A stretch of 27,035 nucleotides of DNA from a virus (lineage: Duplodnaviria > Heunggongvirae > Uroviricota > Caudoviricetes): IMG/VR virus record IMGVR_UViG_2617270961_000004; one strand, 5' to 3'. This document shows positions 23,510 through 27,035 of this stretch, in pieces. Under the pieces are notes generated by a model that ran no database searches, was not told the origin of the DNA, and worked only from the letters and a program-made list of their open reading frames with translations. Positions within the stretch are counted from its first letter, which is position 1, and each line of letters starts with the position of its first letter. The position numbers were made by a program, and so were the translations under genes.

Positions 23510-23565
23510 AGCAATTTAGATAATCGTGCAGACTACACCCCTCATATCACATGGAAGGTACTACA

Positions 23566-23976
23566 ATGGCTCAGGTTGCCATTTTTAAACAAATATTCGA
23601 TAAAGTGCGAAATAATTTAAACTATCACTGGTTTTATTCTGAACTAAAACGTCACAATGTCTCACATTACATTTACTATTTAGCCACAGAGAATATTCAT
23701 CTTGTTCTTGAAAACGATAATACGGTTTTAATAAAAGGACAGGGTAAGGTTGTAAATGTAAGATTTTCAAAAAATAAATGCCTTATAGAAGCCACCTTAA
23801 AGGGATTCAAATCAGGAGAGTTATCATTTTACGAATACAGGAAAAATCTTGCTACAGCAGGGGTTTTCAGATGGATTACAAATATCCACGAAAACAAAAG
23901 GTATTACTATACCTTTGATAATTCATTACTCTTTACTGAGAACATTCAGAACACTACACAAATATTTCCGCACTAA
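23566..23976 (+). CDS. hypothetical protein, 136 aa; tentatively DUF1398 / YbcV-like prophage protein
   Basis: AT-rich ORF with a GGAAGG SD 7 nt upstream of the ATG at 23566; the track ORF starts 5 codons earlier at an ATG with no SD. No signal peptide or transmembrane segment. The length equals that recalled for the E. coli DLP12 YbcV protein, which lies next to lysis genes in that prophage; the identity is unverified. Confidence 0.55.
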   Translation: MAQVAIFKQIFDKVRNNLNYHWFYSELKRHNVSHYIYYLATENIHLVLENDNTVLIKGQGKVVNVRFSKNKCLIEATLKGFKSGELSFYEYRKNLATAGVFRWITNIHENKRYYYTFDNSLLFTENIQNTTQIFPH

Positions 23977-24263
23977 ATCATAACGTCCGGTTTCTTCCGT
24001 GCCAGAACCGGACTCGCTGGCATGATGAAATATGTGTACCCGGTAACCCCGGTGTGCATCGTTTTTGATTATTCCCACACACTCGCGCAGAAGGAGTTCC
24101 CCGTCGGGCTACGGTCTCTGTTAATACGGGAATACGGCGACGATACAGCGCATGATGTGTCAGGCTTGAATACCTTTATCCTTTAAAAGGGATATCAGTT
24201 AAGTTATCCCGTGTAGGGTATAAGCCATTATCAAACTCTGTAGGAAGTGGCTTTTGTAATGGC

Positions 24264-24290
24264 AATAAAAAGCCCCGCGAATGCGAGGCT
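24264..24290 (-). terminator. rho-independent terminator candidate downstream of Rz
   Basis: Hairpin agccccgc-gaat-gcgaggct (7 bp, one mismatch) followed on the minus strand by TTTTATT; positioned ~170 nt after the Rz stop. Confidence 0.5.
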
Positions 24291-24463
24291 AAATCCTGGT
24301 ATTTGTAATGACTGGCTCTTATCTCAACGCAGCCCCTTACCGCGCGCAAAATGCTCAATATCAAGCATCAGCAATGAGATGTTTAATCTGGATTCACTCC
24401 AGAAGTGAGCACCACCCTGTCTACAGAGCCAGATGTGAAGGATGATGAGTAAAATTATCGCTA

Positions 24464-24931
24464 TCATCGAAGGCATTGCGTCCTGATGTATTCCTGAAGC
24501 GTTCTCAGTGCTGTTTGGTCGCGGATAATTCCGTCCCGGATACCGAGAACGTTTCGTCCAGCAACTGGAGAGAGTTCGACGGTGGCATCATTGCCCATGC
24601 CGGAGGCGCTGGAGGTTTCGACTGAGGATGGCACAGGGCATTTTCCTTTGACGAGCACCCGACCACCATTATCAAGCTTGCGCCGAAGAGCATCATTTTC
24701 AGCTTTCGCATCAGCTAACTCCTTCGTGTATTTATCATCGAGTGCATCAGCATCACGCTGGCGCTGCTGCATGTCAGTAATGGTGGCGTTCGCCTTCTCC
24801 AGTTCACTGGCCTTGTTATCGCGCTGTTCTTTGTAGGCGATTGCATTATCACGGTAATGATTAACAGCCCATGACAGGCAGACGATGATGCAGATAACCA
24901 GAGCGGAGATAATCGCGGTTACCCTGCTCAT
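24464..24931 (-). CDS. Rz: spanin inner-membrane subunit Rz (i-spanin), 155 aa
   Basis: [38 protein letters not shown]...: N-terminal transmembrane helix then a coiled-coil periplasmic domain. ATG at 24929-24931 overlaps the R stop as ATGA; the track ORF starts 4 codons upstream at a GTG. Confidence 0.85.
   Translation of the reverse strand: MSRVTAIISALVICIIVCLSWAVNHYRDNAIAYKEQRDNKASELEKANATITDMQQRQRDADALDDKYTKELADAKAENDALRRKLDNGGRVLVKGKCPVPSSVETSSASGMGNDATVELSPVAGRNVLGIRDGIIRDQTALRTLQEYIRTQCLR
24505..24711 (-). CDS. Rz1: spanin outer-membrane lipoprotein subunit Rz1 (o-spanin), 68 aa, embedded in Rz in the +1 frame
   Basis: [21 protein letters not shown]...: signal peptide plus lipobox (VVGC), Pro-rich mature part ([13 protein letters not shown]); AAGGAG SD 7 nt upstream. 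Fully nested inside Rz as in lambda. Confidence 0.75.
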   Translation of the reverse strand: MRKLKMMLFGASLIMVVGCSSKENALCHPQSKPPAPPAWAMMPPSNSLQLLDETFSVSGTELSATKQH

Positions 24932-25425
24932 TGTTGCCCCCACAAACAGACCTCACGCTCAATCTCACGACGAGTCATCAGGCCTTTCCATTGCTTACCG
25001 CCAGCGTATGCCCAGCGACGTAGCTGGTCACATGCGCCCTTGATATCGCCCTGGTTTATTTTGCGAAGAAGAGTAGATGTTCTGAAATTGCCTGCGCCCA
25101 CGTTATAGACGAACGAGTAAAGAGCGCCGCGCGTTGTTTCCGGTATATCGACTTTGATGTACGGGTTAATTTGTCTGGCTACCGTGGCAAGGTCTTTATT
25201 CAGGAGGGCTTTGCATTCTGCTTCGGTATACGTTTTACCGGGAATGATGTCTTTTCCTGTATGCCCGTGACATACAGTCCATACGCCAACGATATCTTTG
25301 TATGGTATGTAGCTGACACCTTCCAGACCATCGTTACCACTTGGGCCAGTGATTAACACTGATGCTATAGCAATTGCTCCGCCACCAATAGCAGCAGCAA
25401 CGGCTTTTCGTAATGATGGAGGCAT
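24928..25425 (-). CDS. R: SAR endolysin (phage-21 R-type lysozyme, T4-lysozyme-like GH24), 165 aa
   Basis: N-terminal signal-anchor-release segment ([20 protein letters not shown]) followed by the lysozyme catalytic region ([23 protein letters not shown]). Length and sequence match phage 21 R as recalled; this is not the lambda R transglycosylase. Confidence 0.9.
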   Translation of the reverse strand: MPPSLRKAVAAAIGGGAIAIASVLITGPSGNDGLEGVSYIPYKDIVGVWTVCHGHTGKDIIPGKTYTEAECKALLNKDLATVARQINPYIKVDIPETTRGALYSFVYNVGAGNFRTSTLLRKINQGDIKGACDQLRRWAYAGGKQWKGLMTRREIEREVCLWGQQ

Positions 25426-25640
25426 TATTCACCTCTCGCAGCCTTGCGCTTATCTTCTTTAATCTTGAAATAAAGGTTTGTCAGGTACGTCAGCAGGCCA
25501 AATACCAAGCTACCCAGCACACCTATTGCTGCCCACTGTGAGGGCGTGACTTTATCGAGCAGCTGTAAAAACCAGTAGCCAGCACTGCCTGCGGAGGTGC
25601 CGTAGGCAATGCCCGTTGTTAACTTATCCATGGATTTCAT
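25425..25640 (-). CDS. S: pinholin S21-type (class II holin), 71 aa, dual-start motif
   Basis: [28 protein letters not shown]...[23 protein letters not shown]...: two transmembrane domains, Met1-Lys-Ser-Met4 dual start (antiholin/holin), charged C-terminus. GGAGGTGAGG SD. Stop overlaps the R start by 1 nt. Confidence 0.9.
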   Translation of the reverse strand: MKSMDKLTTGIAYGTSAGSAGYWFLQLLDKVTPSQWAAIGVLGSLVFGLLTYLTNLYFKIKEDKRKAARGE

Positions 25641-25735
25641 AGCCTCACCTCCGCAAATAACGGATGGTGTACACGGTTCGGAACGAAGAGGAAAGGTATA
25701 GAAGTTACATTAGCGTAAGGCTTGAACATCTATTC

Positions 25736-25766
25736 AAAAAGAAAAACGCCGCGATTATTCTGGCGT
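25736..25766 (-). terminator. weak terminator-like hairpin plus T-tract between the AraC-like gene and S
   Basis: 5-bp stem acgcc/ggcgt with an 11-nt loop, followed on the minus strand by TTTTTCTTTT; ~60 nt after the AraC-like stop and ~100 nt before the S start. The stem is weak, so low confidence. Confidence 0.3.
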
Positions 25767-25827
25767 AGCTGAAAGCATCATACAATTATCAAATACGAAA
25801 ATTACAAAATCATTAAAACGCATCACG

Positions 25828-26568
25828 TTACATCATGTCTTTTTCTAAAAAAAATCTTGATGAATATTGATGGGGAGGAACACCAAAATACCTTCTGAAA
25901 ACACTTACAAAATATGACGTGTTTTCATAACCGCATATCTCAGCAACTTTTCCAACAGAATATAAATTGTAGCTTAATAACCTTTCCGCCATCACCATTC
26001 GCTCTTCAAGAATTAACTTACTAAATGATAAGCCTTCGTGCTTTAATTTTCTTTTTAACAGACTTTCACTCAGATACAGTCTTGAAGATATATCACAAAG
26101 TCTCCATGCTGCAGATATATCCGTGTGAACAATAGCCTTAACTTTACTTCCTAAACTATTAAGACATCCAAATAAAAAACTTTGCACTATTTTCTCTGAA
26201 GATAAGATAGCAAGACATGCAAGTGATATTTGATTTCTAACAAAATCCACAGTTCTGCCATCACAATTCAAGCATGCAATCAAGTTCTTTAACAATGAAA
26301 AATCTTCACATTCCACCATCACGTATGCCGGATAAAACCTTCTTACAGAAAAAGGTGAGAGTGTGTTGCTTTTAAAGAAATCATTAACTGTTTTCTCTTC
26401 AACATCTACGATCATTACATGATCTATATTTGATGAAAAAAAATCTTTTAAATTGTAATCAATGAGAACAGCACTTCCTTTTTTAAACAAAATATCTTCT
26501 TTACCAATTCGGACATCAAACGAGTTCAACACCAAAATGATAGAACATATGTATGGCATATTATCCAC
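25828..26568 (-). CDS. AraC/XylS-family transcriptional regulator (GadX/YdeO/AppY-like subfamily), 246 aa
   Basis: C-terminal AraC-type HTH (LYLSESLLKRKLKHEGLSFSKLILEERM...VGKVAEICGYENTSYFVSVFRRYFGVPPHQY). Strongly AT-rich compared with the flanking phage genes. GGTGG SD. Subfamily assignment is from recalled similarity to E. coli YdeO. Confidence 0.85.
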   Translation of the reverse strand: MDNMPYICSIILVLNSFDVRIGKEDILFKKGSAVLIDYNLKDFFSSNIDHVMIVDVEEKTVNDFFKSNTLSPFSVRRFYPAYVMVECEDFSLLKNLIACLNCDGRTVDFVRNQISLACLAILSSEKIVQSFLFGCLNSLGSKVKAIVHTDISAAWRLCDISSRLYLSESLLKRKLKHEGLSFSKLILEERMVMAERLLSYNLYSVGKVAEICGYENTSYFVSVFRRYFGVPPHQYSSRFFLEKDMM

Positions 26569-26780
26569 CTGATATCATTGGGGTTACACCAGGTAAGTAT
26601 AGGTGGAAAATCAATATTCGCCAGTTCAACAATAAGGAAAATTTCATTGCATCACAAGTATAAAATTATGTATTTAACTCACAAAGACAAATTATTAAAC
26701 CAATCCGTTATATTATATATAGCTGCGTGGAATCATAATATTATATATTTTGACTGGCATGTTTACCAACTTTAAGTTGC

Positions 26781-27035
26781 GGTAATGACTCCAACTTATT
26801 GATAGTGTTTTATGTTCAGATAATGCCCGATGACTTTGTCATGCAGCTCCACCGATTTTGAGAACGACAGCGACTTCCGTCCCAGCCGTGCCAGGTGCTG
26901 CCTCAGATTCAGGTTATGCCGCTCAATTCGCTGCGTATATCGCTTGCTGATTACGTGCAGCTTTCCCTTCAGGCGGGATTCATACAGCGGCCAGCCATCC
27001 GTCATCCATATCACCACGTCAAAGGGTGACAGCAG
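26781..27035 (-). mobile_element. IS1 insertion sequence, right-end 255 bp (truncated by window edge)
   Basis: Terminal inverted repeat ggtaatgactccaacttattgatagtg beginning at 26781, followed by sequence matching the insB 3' end of IS1 as recalled. The rest of the element lies outside the window. Confidence 0.9.
26796..27035 (-). CDS. insB: IS1 transposase InsB, C-terminal part (partial; 5' end outside window)
   Basis: Translation ...[76 protein letters not shown] matches the InsB C-terminus; the reading frame stays open to the window end. Confidence 0.85.
   Translation of the reverse strand: MLSPFDVVIWMTDGWPLYESRLKGKLHVISKRYTQRIERHNLNLRQHLARLGRKSLSFSKSVELHDKVIGHYLNIKHYQ

Noticed and set aside
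24176-24364. 62-aa minus-strand ORF in the gap downstream of Rz
   Set aside because: No SD, spans the terminator-like hairpin at 24264-24290, and has no recognisable protein features; likely spurious.

Overview
The window is almost entirely the late region of a lambda-like (lambdoid) prophage in reverse orientation, with phage genes on the minus strand. From low to high coordinates: tfa, stf, lom, J, I, K, L, M, H, T/G (with the classic -1 frameshift site), V, U, Z, FII, FI, E, D, C/Nu3, B, W, A, Nu1, then the cos site (cosN 23066-23077). The right and left genome ends are covalently joined at cos, so this is prophage or replicative DNA, not virion DNA. Beyond cos lie an AT-rich two-gene cassette on the plus strand (RHH-like protein plus a 136-aa protein), a ~0.5 kb gap with no convincing gene, a phage-21-type lysis cassette (Rz/Rz1, SAR endolysin, pinholin), an AT-rich AraC-family regulator gene, and the terminal 255 bp of an IS1 element cut by the window edge. 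No rRNA, tRNA or CRISPR array was seen. All protein assignments rest on recalled similarity to lambda and phage 21 proteins; no database search was possible. I do not see a clear multi-gene undescribed system. The best candidates for novelty are the accessory loci (AraC-like gene beside IS1, the cos-proximal cassette, the gene-free gap where lambda carries bor) and the mosaic joints (lambda-type virion genes with 21-type lysis genes; divergent J and Stf C-termini).
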